Source of the DNA: Rhynchobatus australiae
Taxonomy: Eukaryota
Length of the DNA stretch: 64,000 nucleotides
Direction: 5' to 3'
Assembly: GCA_034780895.1 (NCBI GenBank)
Contig: JAUZTB010000062.1
Location: 25,919,715 to 25,983,714, forward strand
Made by a program: the position numbers and the translations under genes. Positions 13,001 through 26,300 of this stretch are shown here, piece after piece; the first letter of the stretch is position 1; every line of letters begins with the position of its first letter. The notes beneath the pieces are model-generated. The model saw nothing but the letters and a program-made list of their open reading frames with translations, had not been told where the DNA came from and did not search any database.

Positions 13001-13609
13001 CACCGGAAGGTGCTGAGTGAAGTCACTTTAGTGGAGTAATGGGAACTGCCCCCTGTGAAATGCTAAAGATGGAAGAGAGGGGAAAACATGCCCAAAGGTG
13101 GCAGCACATTGAAGGATTAGGAAATGGCAGAGGATTTGTTAGATGTGAGCTCATGGAAGTGGAATAATTTGAAACTATTGACCTAGTTAGGAAATATGTT
13201 GAGTGGTAATGTACAGAGAATAGGGATTTCAACAACTCAAATTGGCAGCATAAGACTGCTGGTATGAAACTGGAAGAATATGTCCTGGGACTTTAATTAT
13301 TCCCATACTTCTAAATGACTTATATGTTGGGAGAGTATGCCACATGTCCTAATTGGCAGACAAAACACTGAATTTCAATGTTGGAAACTGTGAGTGAATC
13401 CATGTTAGGCCTTAGAGGAATAGAATAATCTCTTTCTTCAAGGAGAAGGCTTCTGGGGGTGGGGAGTGGGGTGAGGGTATAAAATGGCTGAGACCTATAA
13501 TGTTGCAAAAGCATTACAAGATTTAGGGACGCTGTTTCCATTTCTGGGTGATAAGCACAGATAGGGAAGTAACATGGATCAGTGAAAGGAGTGTTATCAC
13601 TATCAATAT

Positions 13610-14265
13610 CCTGGAGGATACCATTCACCAGAAACTGAACTGCAGTAGCCTTGTACACAATGTAGCTACAAGAGCAGGTCAGAGGCTAGAAATCCTGAGG
13701 CAAGCAACTCCCTTCTAACTCCCCAAATCCTGTCCACTATCTGCAAAGCTCAAGTGAAGAGAGTGGTGGAACACTCTCCACTTGCCTGGATGAGTGCAGC
13801 TTCAACAATGCTCTAGAAGCTAGACAACATACAAGACATAACAGCCCTCTTGATAGGCACCCCATCCACAACCATTCCCTCACTCCACCACCAATGCACA
13901 GTAGCAGCAGTTTGTACCATCTACAGGATGCACTGCAGCAACTCACCAGGAATCTTTAGACAACACCTTCCATAACTACGACCTCTACCAACTAGAAGGA
14001 CAAGGGCAGCAAAAGCATAGGAACACAGCCATGCAGAGGTTGCCCATCAAGCCACACACCATCCTGATTTGGAAATATATCACAGTTCCTTCTCTGTTGC
14101 TGGGTCAAAGTCCTGGAACTCTCACCCACAGCATTGTGGGTGTACCCACAGCTCAAGGACTACAGCAGTTCAAGAAGGCAGCTCACTACCACCTTCTCAA
14201 GAGCAACTTGGGATGGGCAATTAAATGCTGGCTCAGCCTGTGAAGTCTACATCTCTTGAATGAAT
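13610..14265 (+). mobile_element. CR1/L2-group LINE 3' fragment
   Basis: RT C-terminal-like remnants and a 3' end ttcaagaaggcagctcactaccaccttctcaag...gggcaattaaatgctggc...gaatgaat. Related pieces lie at ~16620-16725 and ~27680-27750. Confidence 0.65.
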
Positions 14266-14374
14266 TAAAAATATCTTACTAATTGGTAAGATGCTGGATT
14301 CAGTGAAGTTCCAAAAAGAGGAGTTGGGGTCCATGAATATAGATTATTGATCCCATTGATTGCTGAAAAAGAAG

Positions 14375-14890
14375 GAATCAGAATCAGGTTTATTATCACT
14401 GACTTATATGACATGAAGTTTGTTGTTTTGTGACAGCAAAGAAATAAAATTACCATAAATCACAAAAATAATTAAATAATGCAATAAAAAAAGGAATAAT
14501 GAGGTGTGTTCATGGACCATTCAGAAATCTGGTGGCAGAGGGGAAGAACCTGATAGCTGGATGGTGAGGGCCCTTAGTGATGAATGCTGCCTTTTTGAGG
14601 CTTTGCCTCTTGGAGTTATCTTCGAAGGAGGGGAGGGTTGTGCCTGTGATGGAGCTGGCTGAGACTAGAACCCTCTGCAGCCTCTTGTAATGCTGTGCAT
14701 TGGAGCCTCCATACCAGGTGGTGATGCAACCAGTTAGAATGCTCTTCACCTCACATTTATAGAAATTTGCTAGAGTCTATGGTGACACACCAAATCTCCT
14801 CAAACTCCTAATGAAGTAGAGGCACTTGCATGCCTTCTTTGTGATTGCATCCATGTGTTCGGCCTAGGATAAATCCTCTGACTGTCACAA
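14375..14890 (-). mobile_element. Rex/Babar LINE 3' portion
   Basis: ORF 14510-14749 (SILTGCITTWYGGSNAQHYKRLQRV...PHHP...FFPSATRFLN) and the terminal ctgattctgattcc repeat. Confidence 0.8.
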
Positions 14891-16019
14891 TGTTGAGCAA
14901 AGAGCAAGCTCAAAGAGAACCCAAATGCAGCACACTGGTACAAGACTGGAGTCAGGATACTTCCTCAGGNNNNNNNNNNNNNNNNNNNNNNNNNNNNNNN
15001 NNNNNNNNNNNNNNNNNNNNNNNNNNNNNNNNNNNNNNNNNNNNNNNNNNNNNNNNNNNNNNNNNNNNNNNNNNNNNNNNNNNNNNNNNNGATACGTTTG
15101 CGTGCGAGATACAGAAATACTCTCAGTTGAAATAGAAAAAAATATCAAAAGAGTGAGGTTTAGGGGAAGAGTGGAAAGTATAACCCATAGAAATAAGGGG
15201 AGGGGGAATGGGACTAAAGGGATTGCTCCTTTGGCAGCAGGCATGGGCCCAATGGGCTGAATAGCCATCTTCTTTGTCATTATAATCATATGATAGGCAG
15301 TGTAACTTCAATAATGGGAACCGTGATTCAAATTTAATTCAAGGCCAGAATGTCTTTGCACTTGTCCAGAGTGTTGGTAACAGAACGTGAATAAACAGAT
15401 ATCCTGACAGCAAACACTGACTTTTGCACTGCAGCAAAGTAGTGTGGACGGGGCAGTTGTATGTATGGGAGGGAGAATGATGAATTTAGCTCCAGACAAT
15501 GTATTGGGTGGAAAAGTCAGCGAGATAGGTGAAAGAGACAATTTCTGTTGAAAGACGGTTGTAATCTGTCCCTTGCTGAATCTTTCAGAGGTTGTCGGCA
15601 AGACGCAGAGCAGATGTGGATTTACCCAGTGAAGATTTAAGCATGGAACAGCAGAAGGAGATTAGGAGGGCAAAGGTACAATGGTAAGTTGAAGGAGCAA
15701 TCAGTGNNNNNNNNNNNNNNNNNNNNNNNNNNNNNNNNNNNNNNNNNNNNNNNNNNNNNNNNNNNNNNNNNNNNNNNNNNNNNNNNNNNNNNNNNNNNNN
15801 NNNNNNAGTGTTCCCGAGGAGAGAAATGAAAAGCAAAACGACAGTACAACAGGAAGAGCAGGAGGCAAGAAAAAACATCTGAGCAGAGCCAAAGAAAGAG
15901 ATAATGCTCTCAGGTTCAGAGTAAGAGCCAAAGTGTACATGTATTTAACATTTCATTGTTGAATCTTCTTTCCTGTTGCTATATTCCAGCTCCTAGCCCA
16001 AACCTCATGTTTTCTATTT

Positions 16020-16725
16020 ATGAAGTGCAGCTGGGGAATTTAAAGTCAGTTAATTAAATAAATCTGGAATAAAAAAGATACCATCAATATTTGTAAACTA
16101 TGGAACTTGTGGATTATCATAAAACCCCATCTGGTTCACTAATGTGCTTTGGGGAAGGAAATCTGCTGTTCTTACCCCATCTGGCTTACATGCAAGTCCA
16201 GACATACAGTAATGTGGTTGACTCTTAAATGGCCTTTGAAAAAGTCGAGCAAACTATTCAGCTGTATCAAACTCTCTACGAGAATCAATAATAATAAATA
16301 AAAATGGGCAGTCCACCCAGCATCACCCAATCACCCAATCATGATAAAGGTTTACACAACATTGTTAACCTTGAAAAGTCCTCTGCACTAACATCTTTGG
16401 TGCTGTGTAAGGGCTGTACGTTGCTTGTACCTAAAGTGCTCCATCACATCCATGCTATATCCAGTCCCACCAGCGGGACAGCACACTGGGACAGAGTTGA
16501 GCGGGCGCGCACTGGCAGATACTGGTGTTGGCTCCAGGATCTCATGAAGTCCCATGCAAGTGAACAGTCAAAGACCATATCCAAGAACTGAGAATCGACA
16601 CACTGCCATCTAACATTCTGATGGTACCACCATCCCCAAATCCACCACCATCAACACATCGGGGGTCATCATTGAAAAGTAACTTAACTGGAAAAGCCAC
16701 AGAAGTACAATGGCTACAAGAGCAT
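16020..16725. mobile_element. Composite of old interspersed repeat fragments
   Basis: Contains ctggttcactaatgtgctttggggaaggaaatctgc, a repeat motif I recall from elasmobranch DNA, plus a segment similar to 13610-13680. Confidence 0.45.
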
Positions 16726-18059
16726 GACTTGCTGGATATTTTCAGAATTTAATTGTTTTAATACATAGTATTAAAAATCTGGGCAAAGTCTGCCTAATTG
16801 TCACCCCTTCCCAAGTGACCAGCAGATTATATTCAATATATTTGAACATAATATATTCAATATATTAGTAGTAGTGAGTTACTAAGCCTAGCCCATCATG
16901 AGTGTGGGAAACACTCTACCATCCCCTGTACTCATTAAAAGGAAAGAGCATTTGAGTATGTTCTGTTCAATGTTCCCTCAATATCAATATTAAAAATAAT
17001 TAGAATTGGAAGCACTGATCCAGGAATCAGTAAGCACACTGACCCAGTAGGAATTCCAGCAGTGAAATTAATGGGCATCCAAGTTGCAAACAACACTGCC
17101 ATTGTTTTGAGAAGATCTGCCACAGAGCAAGACTCAGTTGATGGATCTTAGCACAGNNNNNNNNNNNNNNNNNNNNNNNNNTAGGTAGTCACATCCTGAG
17201 GTTAATTAGAAACAAATAGTGAAGGAAAGTTTTGGTGGATCGATAACTGCTTCTGAGCTCTGGGCATTTATTACAGTCAGAGACAACTCAGGCAGTCATT
17301 TTAAAATATTAATTGATACATCTAAAATAATAACAGAAAATGATGGACACACTCATCAGATCAGACCACATCTGTGGGAAGAGCAATAGGGCTATCATTT
17401 TAGGTCAAAGGCCCTTCAGCAGAACCATCTGATATTTTGACCAATTGATATACCTGTCTCTATACGTGACAGTTAAACAAGCAGTGGGAAGAAAGCTTTT
17501 AAACCCAAACACCAAGCAGCTGAATTTTTATCTCTGCCATTTTTGTTTCTCAAAAACTTTAGTAATTGCTCAATTTTAATTTAGTCTTATTTTAGTCATT
17601 TCACATTTCTCTTGCTAAAAAGCACATTTGCAACATGAATTACAAGTAGCCCATCCTGCGGATATCATCTGAGGTAAGACAAGTCTGGTTGTACGTGTGC
17701 GGGCAAGGAGACTTCTAGCCTGGATTGTGCATTTCTCCATTCAGGCGCTTTATGAAGGAACCAATGTTTATCTCTGTATTAATTTGGATTCTGAAACTGT
17801 TTGAATGCTGTGTTGATTCTAATCTTCTGTTTGGCTGGTTGCTGCACCATTAAGAATGGAAATTATGTAAATATGGCATCTTTGGACTGTAATTTTATTT
17901 TAAATTTTAGGAAGTCTGTCCCTAGATGATAAACCACATTTGTGAGATACTTATCATTTGTTGGAGCATGTTCATGCAAGCAATAGCATTTTGTTTTCCT
18001 TGATGATTTGGTAGGTAAATGTTTCACTTGGTTGTTTCATGAAGATCCAAACGTTAACT

Positions 18060-18172
18060 GAGACACAAGTGACTGCAGATGCCGGAACCTGGAGCAAAAA
18101 ACAAACTGTTGGAGGAACCCAGGCGGTCAGGTAGCGTACATTGAGAGAAATGGACAGTCGATGTCTCAGGTA
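18060..18172 (-). mobile_element. Penelope-type terminal repeat fragment
   Basis: ctgcagatgccggaacctggagcaaaaaacaaactgttggaggaaccc aligns by eye to 1526-1620. Confidence 0.6.
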
Positions 18173-21100
18173 TCCAAATTTTAGTTCTTGGTCTGTGTTA
18201 GCTGATCTCAGTCAGAGCACCAACCAAATCAAAACAATTAATCTCACCATCCTTCAGCCTGGGAGGGGGAAGAAATAATGAACATTTCCAACTCCAAACT
18301 TTTATTGAGTAATTCCACAAAGTGGCCAGAATCAGAATCAACTTTTTTTGTTTTTTTGAGGCAAGAATGGTTCCCTGGAAGTGGATTTTTGCTGTGTGTA
18401 GAAGAATGATGGCTTCATTATTGGACGCATCCAGAGACCTAGACGATTGGTATCATCATTGTAACTGGATCACTTTCTAAATCACTGATAACTTCAGTTA
18501 GAATAATTATTCCAGTGCAAGCATATGGCCATTCTGTTGCTAGTTTACCTAAAGACCAATTATTTAATAACCTTTTTTTATTTTCAAAAGGTCTGCAGTA
18601 GTGTTCCATGCTGAAGAGATATTTTAGGAAGCCAACTAGATTGTTGTAAAAACCCTCCATATCTGTTGTATGAGTGTATTGTAAATGCGTGATCTATTTT
18701 TGTGCCTCTTTTAAAGATTAATTCAGTTTCATGGGTGAGTCACAAATCCACAACCCTTTAAGGGGTTGACTTGAGATCTGGATAAGCTTTTCAGTAACAT
18801 GCATACATAAACAAACAGCAAACTCTCTTTGGTCACTGGCTATAGGAATAGGCTATCATATGCCTTTGTAAGATCTTTTGTCAGTCATCACAAACAATGT
18901 ACTGCAGTAGGTCTTATTATCCAAGACCAAAGTTATATTATGAATGGTTTTCAAATAATCTAGTAAATAGTCCAATAACCAAATAGTTGTATAATCAAAT
19001 GTCTTGTTCTATTGTAGAACAATCAGTGAATTTTAAATTATATTACAATATCCAAATGTATTTGAAAAAATATCTTTTGTCTCTATCTCAAGCTTTAGTT
19101 AAAGACATCAACAGTATATCTGCCATCAATGTATTAGGACAAACCTGATTTAAAGTCTTGATTCTGCCTGCTGGTTAAACCTGCCCAGAATAACCAAGTT
19201 TTAAAGAGACAGTCACTAAGTTAATATGTAGGTAGACAAATTATGTTACTTTGGCAATATTCAATCTGCAATGTTATTTTGTTTCACACTCTAAGTACAT
19301 TAAAATGTTCTTTAGTAAAATATACCCCTGTGTTGGTCAGGTGTTGAACCATATCGTGTATAATCGAAAATTATAATTTTTGTTGTAACTGGAATCATGG
19401 CACATTAACTAATAAATGTATTTACCTTGGATCCATTAAAGAGGTAAATACTGAGAGCACTAAACTTGCTGAACGAAAGTAACTACACAAAGCATGCACC
19501 TATGATATTCCTGTTACCTCATTATCTGAATATAGCTTAGTTCTGGACACTTAACTGCATGAACTATGAATCATACTCATTCTAGCCTGGCCAGCTAGAG
19601 CTTAAGAGTCAAATTCCATTGCGTCACTCAGGGCTGAAGATCCCAGAGACTACTAAATGTCAACCAACTGTACCACCCTATTTGTCCTTCCCTTCAAATA
19701 ACATTGACATTTGGGAAAAACCTTGGGTATAAACAACAGTTAAAAAATACCATTGCCAAGTAGTTTTGCAGTCACGCCCTTGCTATAAAAACTAATCTGT
19801 TAATTATTTATTTGGCTTCCAGACACAAGCCTGTGAAAACATGCTTACCTCTAAAACCACTCCTAAATTGTCCTTATAGTGGTAATTCAGTAAGTTTCAA
19901 CATACTTTTATTTGTTTTCTATCCTTAACCCTTGGTATCCTAATAAGGTAGTAATTCAGTATCAGTAAAAGAAAAGTTGGATTTTAATCACTGCATTTGT
20001 TTTATTCAAAAGTACCAGGAATTAAGAAAAAATCTTTGGTTCAATACAGTTCTCCAGTTTTACTTTGACAACATTTTAACCTTAGGAATTAACAGTCTTT
20101 TTAAAACAGACAAATGACTTTATACTTAACAACTGAACATTTATTTGAAGGTTTAAAAGTGTAAGTATGCATATAAAAATGTCATAAGAAATATTAATGA
20201 AATGTTGTTCACCCAAATGATATGAACAAGCTGCTGATCACCCAGAGCAGAAAGACCCTATCAGTACCAACAACTATTTGGCAACTGATAGCATAGGTCA
20301 AAGAACACTCGGTACTGAAAAACAGGCATATTCTCAGTGTACACTGTACTAAACCCTAAGCAGTGTAAAACAAACATTTATAGCAAGAAGTTATTAGAGT
20401 CTCATTATCTTAGGCTATCATTGCATATTTGTGCAGGTAAGATTATTAACATTGGAGAGTTCATTGTTGCAGGGAGCTAAGTTAATACTCTCCATATTTT
20501 CACATAAATATAATTCATCACCAGTCTCCAAATGCAGTATGGAATGAAGACTAAACCATGAAAGGTGTTAAACATTTTTCTGCACAGTTGTTTACTTTGA
20601 AAATTAGTTCTAATAATGAAACTCTCTGGGTTTCAAATAGAATTTCTTCTGTTCATGCATCAATACAAAAATAAAATGCACAGGGTTTGTTCTAACTTGG
20701 TCATAAATCTGATTTTTAGCTCCAGGAAAACATAATTCTACCTGCAAGTGAGCAGAAGCATTCACATCATTAAACTTTTTTAGTCAGGGGAAAGAGTGCA
20801 CACCATAATCATGCAAACTATTAAGTCAATCAGTCCCAACAACCAAACTTCTGGGAACAGGTCAGAGGCTCTTATAGAGTTGTTGAGAGATTCAGCATGG
20901 AAACAGGGTCTTTGGCCCAATGAGTCTGCACTGACTGTTAACTATCTATTTCAGTTTGTTAAACCCCAGCACCTTCTCAGCAGATTCCTTAATCCCCTCC
21001 CTCTATTGAAGTCCATTCAAACACACCTTGACCCTATTTATATTGTCATTCTCCAAAGAAACCCCCAGCGCTATTAATTTTTGGATAAACATGCTCCATC

Positions 21101-21829
21101 GGATTTTGTCATTTGTGTTTCAACATGTGGCTATGCCTTGCCATATTTTGAGTGCTGTAAATGAAGAATGTGTTGGCATCAGACTGACATAGCCAAGAGA
21201 ATGTCTCACAGGCACTAAGCAGGTAATTCTAAACCAACTCTTTGTGGATTGAGTGGGGAAGGTAAAGTTTTATGTTTTTTTTGTGCACTGATTCATTTCA
21301 GGTGAGCATGTAAAATAGGTATCTCACCTAGACCAGTATTTTCCCACAGTACAGGCTGAGTGCAAGTTATCTCCTGGGAGTGGAGCATTATTGCTTCATA
21401 TCACATAACTCTCTCTTTCCAGATTAATGATGTTACATAACCTCCAAAGTACATTAGTGGTTTTTGAACCGGCGATCTCAGTGCACTATGAATTGGCAGA
21501 CATTTCTATCAGTAAATATCACCACCACCTAATATTATTCACAAACTTCCCACGGAAAAGCTTTTGAATGACTTCAGGGGTAAACCAACTTATAATTGTA
21601 AAAGATAAGGATCAATTCATTCTGATAGAGGGAGGCCTCTATATTATTCAATTGCTTTTAAATTATGATATTGATAACTGGAATATCAAGTATGGTTTTC
21701 TGCAATTTTGAAATATGTCCTTCTTGTTGGGTCTACTTTTTATTAAATCTGAAATTGGTGCAGCATTCAAGAGAATGTAGTGAAAATAAAACATGTTGTC
21801 AATTATGTACCACTTTTAGGTGGAAGATA

Positions 21830-23420
21830 AAGCAAAAGGGTAACCAAGGAGAGAATAGGGCCCCTTAAGGATCAATGTGGCCAGCTATGTGTGGAGCCAC
21901 AGGAGATGAGCGAGGTCTTAAATGAATATTTTTCATCTTCATTTACTGTGAAGGTCATGGGAGTTGGGGAATTCGGGAAAGAGGATAATGATGTCTTGGA
22001 AGATATCCACGTTATAAAAGATGAGCTGCTGGTGGTCTTAAAGTGCATAAAGGTGGCCTGACCAAGTGTATCCTAGGACATTGTGGAGAAGAAATTGTTG
22101 GGGCCCTGGCAGAGATACTAGTATCATCATTAGCCATGGATGAGGTACCGGAAGACTGGAGGGTGACTAATGTTGTACCTTTATTTAAGAAAGGCTGCAA
22201 GGACGAGCCAGGAATCAATAGGCCAGTGAGCCAAACATCAGAAGTGGGAAAGCTAATGGAGGGGATTCTGAGAGATATGATCTACCTGCATTTGGAAAGG
22301 CATGGACTGTTTAGGGATAGTTCGCATGGCTTTGTGTGTGGGATTAAGTTTTTTGAAGAGGTGACCAAGAGAACTGATGAAGGCAGAGCGGTAGACATTG
22401 TCTAAGGCCTTGCTAANNNNNNNNNNCGACAAGGTCCTGCATGTGGGCTGGCCTGGAAGGTTAGATCACATGGAATCCAGGGTGAGCTAGCCAATGGATA
22501 CAAAGTTGGCTTAATGAAAGGAGTCAGGGGTGGTAATGGAAGGTTGTTTGTCATATATATTAATAATTTAGATGAGAATGTAGTTGGCATAGTTAGGATG
22601 ACACCAAAATTGGTGGTTTAGCAGACAATAAAGGTTATCTAAGATTATAATAGGAGCTAGATCAACTGGGAAAGTGGACCACGGTATTTAACTCAGACAA
22701 TTGCAAAGAGTTGCATTTTGATAAGTTAAGCCAGGGTAGCACTTACACAGAGAATGGCACAGCACTGGAGAATGTTGTAGAACAGAGAGGACTGGGGGTA
22801 CAAGTACATAATTCCCTAAACGTGGTGACACAGGTAGACAGGTGGTGAGGAAGGGGTTTGCCACACTTACCTTCAGGAAATTGAATATAAGAATTGGAAC
22901 TTCGTGTTACAACTGCACAAAACATTGGTGAGACTGCACTTGGGAGTATTGTATGCAATTCTGGTTGCCTTGCAATAGAAATGATGTCACTAATTTGGAA
23001 AGGTTGCAGAAAAGATTCACGTAAATGGTCCTGGGACTGGAGGGCTTGAGTTATAAGGAGAGACTGGATAGGCTGGGGCTTTTTTTCCTGAAGCATAGGA
23101 GGCTGAGGGGTGATGAAACAGAGGTACATAAAATCTTAAGGTGAATGGTCACAGTCTTTTTCCCGGGGTAGGGGCATCTAAAACTATAGGGACTTGAGGG
23201 GCAACTGTTTCACAAAGAGGTTATGGGTATGTGGAATGAACTGCCAGTGGAAGTTGTAGACATGGGTACAATCACAATGCTTAAAGACATTTGGACAAGG
23301 ACATGGATCGGGAAGGTTTATAGGGATATGATCCAAACACAGGGAAATGGGACTAGCTAAGGTAGGCATGGACGAGTAGGGTCAAAGTGCCTGCTTCCAT
23401 GCTGTATAACTCCATGACTC
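21830..23420 (+). mobile_element. CR1 LINE RT region through the 3' end (decayed)
   Basis: ORF 22043-22405 (VPEDWRVTNVVPLFKKGCKDEPGINRPVSQTS...HGFV...FFEEVT...GRAVDIV), later WNELP, and a 3' tail ctgtataactccatgactcta. Confidence 0.92.
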
Positions 23421-23499
23421 TAATTACATACGTATTAAGGCTGTGAATAAATATTTCATTTACAGAAAAATAAAAGACCATCAGTTTGGTAAAATATAT

Positions 23500-23539
23500 T
23501 TTATTTGTTTCTTCATAACAAGAAACAGAATGCTTTATT
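23500..23539 (-). promoter_or_regulatory. Candidate polyadenylation signals of the HS3ST3B1-like gene
   Basis: Two minus-strand AATAAA hexamers (23534-23539 and 23500-23505) preceded by TGTA motifs, at the end of a ~2.2-kb stretch after the stop codon with no repeat I could recognise. The local sequence is AT-rich, so specificity is low. Confidence 0.35.
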
Positions 23540-25673
23540 TTCAAATTCCTAGAAAGAAACATTTTTATCTGTGTACATACCACAAAATACTTGATTTACA
23601 TATTTTTTTACACTTTAACTATTCTAAAGTACAATATTATCAGAAGAAATTTGCTAATATACGTACTTTTGAATGCAAGCTGAATAAAACTCAGCCACAT
23701 ACTTATTATTACAAACTGATAGCTAACCACCATGTCAAGGTACAAATTTACCTTTCGGAAGACAATGGATTGGATACACCGTGATCTTATGCATTGGGCT
23801 GAACTTAGCAGATGTATAATTCATTTCAATGGCAAAACAGCAATGTAAAGCATTTTGTTGCAGCCTCAGTGCATTCAGCATGTTATAGATAGCTTCTATT
23901 TTGTATAAGAACAGTTTATGTCACTGAATGATGGCACCTTGGGAGGAAATTTTCTAATCTTAAAAGCAATAGTGACTTTATAAAGAACAAAAAGACCTGA
24001 ATCCAGGGGTTAAAATCAGTTAACATACAAAATGAGAATCCTAACAAAAATCCAAATAAAAAATAGATAGGAAAATTGTGTTTTGTTCATTAGCAAAATT
24101 TCTAGCTAACCTTAATAGATTAGCATGGATGAAGACTAAATAATAGACATCTGGCAAGAGGCTCACATTTTTTTTTAAATCAGTAAAAGAAACAGGCAGC
24201 ATTTTGTCCATAAAACAGAGAAGGAAGTTTGAAGAACATTGTCAGAGATTTCATCATTATGGGCCTTGTGGTTTCCTGCTGTGGACCTAAACAAAACCAT
24301 AGGATCTAGCAAATGTTTGAAAGCAGCCAGCACCCAAGTAACACAAATAATGTGTTAGTGCAGGCTTTCCCCTTAGTTTCAATCATCCTTTTCTGAAAAG
24401 CACAAGCATAATTGGAGCAAAAGTAGACCTTCCCTATTACTAAGCCATTCCATGTTGTCTTGCAATCACTTACACAAGATTCCTACAGGGACAAATCAAT
24501 ACTTGGCTTTGAACAAACTGCTTCATGCAGCAATTGGACACGGTACAGCTTGAAATGACAGCAGCAGTTCTTCCTCATATTTTATAACTATATTTACTCA
24601 ACATTTACCAATGAGAAGGAACATGGTCAATTGCACAACCAGTGCACCCCAGAATTACACCAGGAATGCAGGTAAGATCTGAACTGACAATGAGGATGTT
24701 GGACATCCCATTTTTAACTATTCAAGGCAATAGCAACCTTCCTGCTGCCACTATCAAATAATCACTATCTTCTTGCAACAGAGTTATAACATTAGGATTA
24801 AAGGAGTGAGGAAAAATTTCAGCCTGCAGATCACAAATTAAGAGATTTTAATTATATTTATGTTGAATTATAGTAGGGGAAAAAATGGACATCTTTCAAA
24901 GTTGAGTCCTATTTTGGTGGGAGAAGAACAGTGATTCAAACATATCTGTTAATCCACTTGGGGATTGCTATTTACTCAAACTGCTCAGATTGATAGACTT
25001 TGTTGTTGTTCACCTAACAGTAAGTCATGCCATAAAAATCAAAAAGAAACATGGAATCTGTGAGCTTAGGGGCAGAAGACAAACTAAAGGATTTAAGCAA
25101 CAAGACACTGATAATTATCTGTTCATTACAGGTCTTGGACACTACTGTTGCAACTAGTGATTTAAACAAGGTATGGCAGTGAATTAATTTATAGTCTTCC
25201 TTCTTGTTGTTGACAGGCAAAGCAGATTTGTTTGTCTGCCATGTGCATTTTCTGCTCTGAGATACACAAACTGACCGCTCATTGCATTCATGATGGACTT
25301 GTACTGCAGCAGCTTTCTGCATTCNNNNNNNNNNCATTCAGTCACTGTTTATCAGCAAGGAATCAAATGTCCAACTGTTAGATCTTATGAACACTGAATA
25401 CCCGTAACAAAAAAAATGTGCTTTTAGAATATTAAAACTTAATCAATGAAAGACAGCACCATCAATGAGCAATGAAAATAAAATTGTGGAATGTTAGAAG
25501 ATATGGGCTGATCTATATACAGTGTACAATGTGGTTAGGCAGCTTAGTGAATTAATTGCTTAAGAATTAAAAATAAATTATTATAAAATAGATTTCTGTA
25601 CAAGTTACATATATATATATAATATAACAATAAATTCACATGTCTCTATAGTCATTATGAAGTTAAATTGACC

Positions 25674-26200
25674 TTAGTCCCAGCCAAAGTTCTGTCCCGT
25701 CATTTGGTAAAATTTCATGTTGAAAGGCCTATAGAAGTCTCTCAGCCTCCGAACCACGTCTGGGTCAATGTTGGGATGTGTCCTGCCTTTTGTTTTGCCC
25801 AGGCAATGGGGCTTGCTGCTTCCTTCTGGCTTCTTCAAGCAGAGAAAGCCCTTGGTCTTGTTGAAGTAAAAATGTTTGTCTGTGATGATTCTCTTGAGAC
25901 CCAAGAAGTCTTGTACTTTGCCTAGCTCTCCGGCTGGATCATTGATTAGCCTCTCTCCACTCACAAACAAGATTTGTCCCATAGGGAAATAGAGAAGCCA
26001 ATTCTCCAGGTGCTTGGCATAGATGCCAATCTGGATCGCATTCCACGAGCTGTCAATCAAGCCTGAAGTCCTGTTTTTGAAGACTAAGCTCTCAAAACTG
26101 GGTATGTTGGGTTTCTTCGAGAGAGCTTGTGTGTAGTCAGAGATAGCTCGAGTGACAGGATCCCGAACCACCAGTATGAGTTTGGCATCCTTGGACATTG
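25674..26200 (-). CDS. HS3ST3B1: Heparan sulfate 3-O-sulfotransferase 3, terminal exon copy B (5' end lost in gap; includes stop codon)
   Basis: 174 aa from [22 protein letters not shown] (3'-PB motif) through [11 protein letters not shown] to [12 protein letters not shown]; TAA at 25674-25676. Confidence 0.9.
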
Positions 26201-26300
26201 NNNNNNNNNNNNNNNNNNNNNNNNNNNNNNNNNNNNNNNNNNNNNNNNNNNNNNNNNNNNNNNNNNNNNNNNNNNNNNNNNNNNNNNNNNNNNNNNNNNN

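Noticed and set aside
18750-18768. Hairpin caaccctttaaggggttg
   Set aside because: An isolated short inverted repeat, expected by chance.
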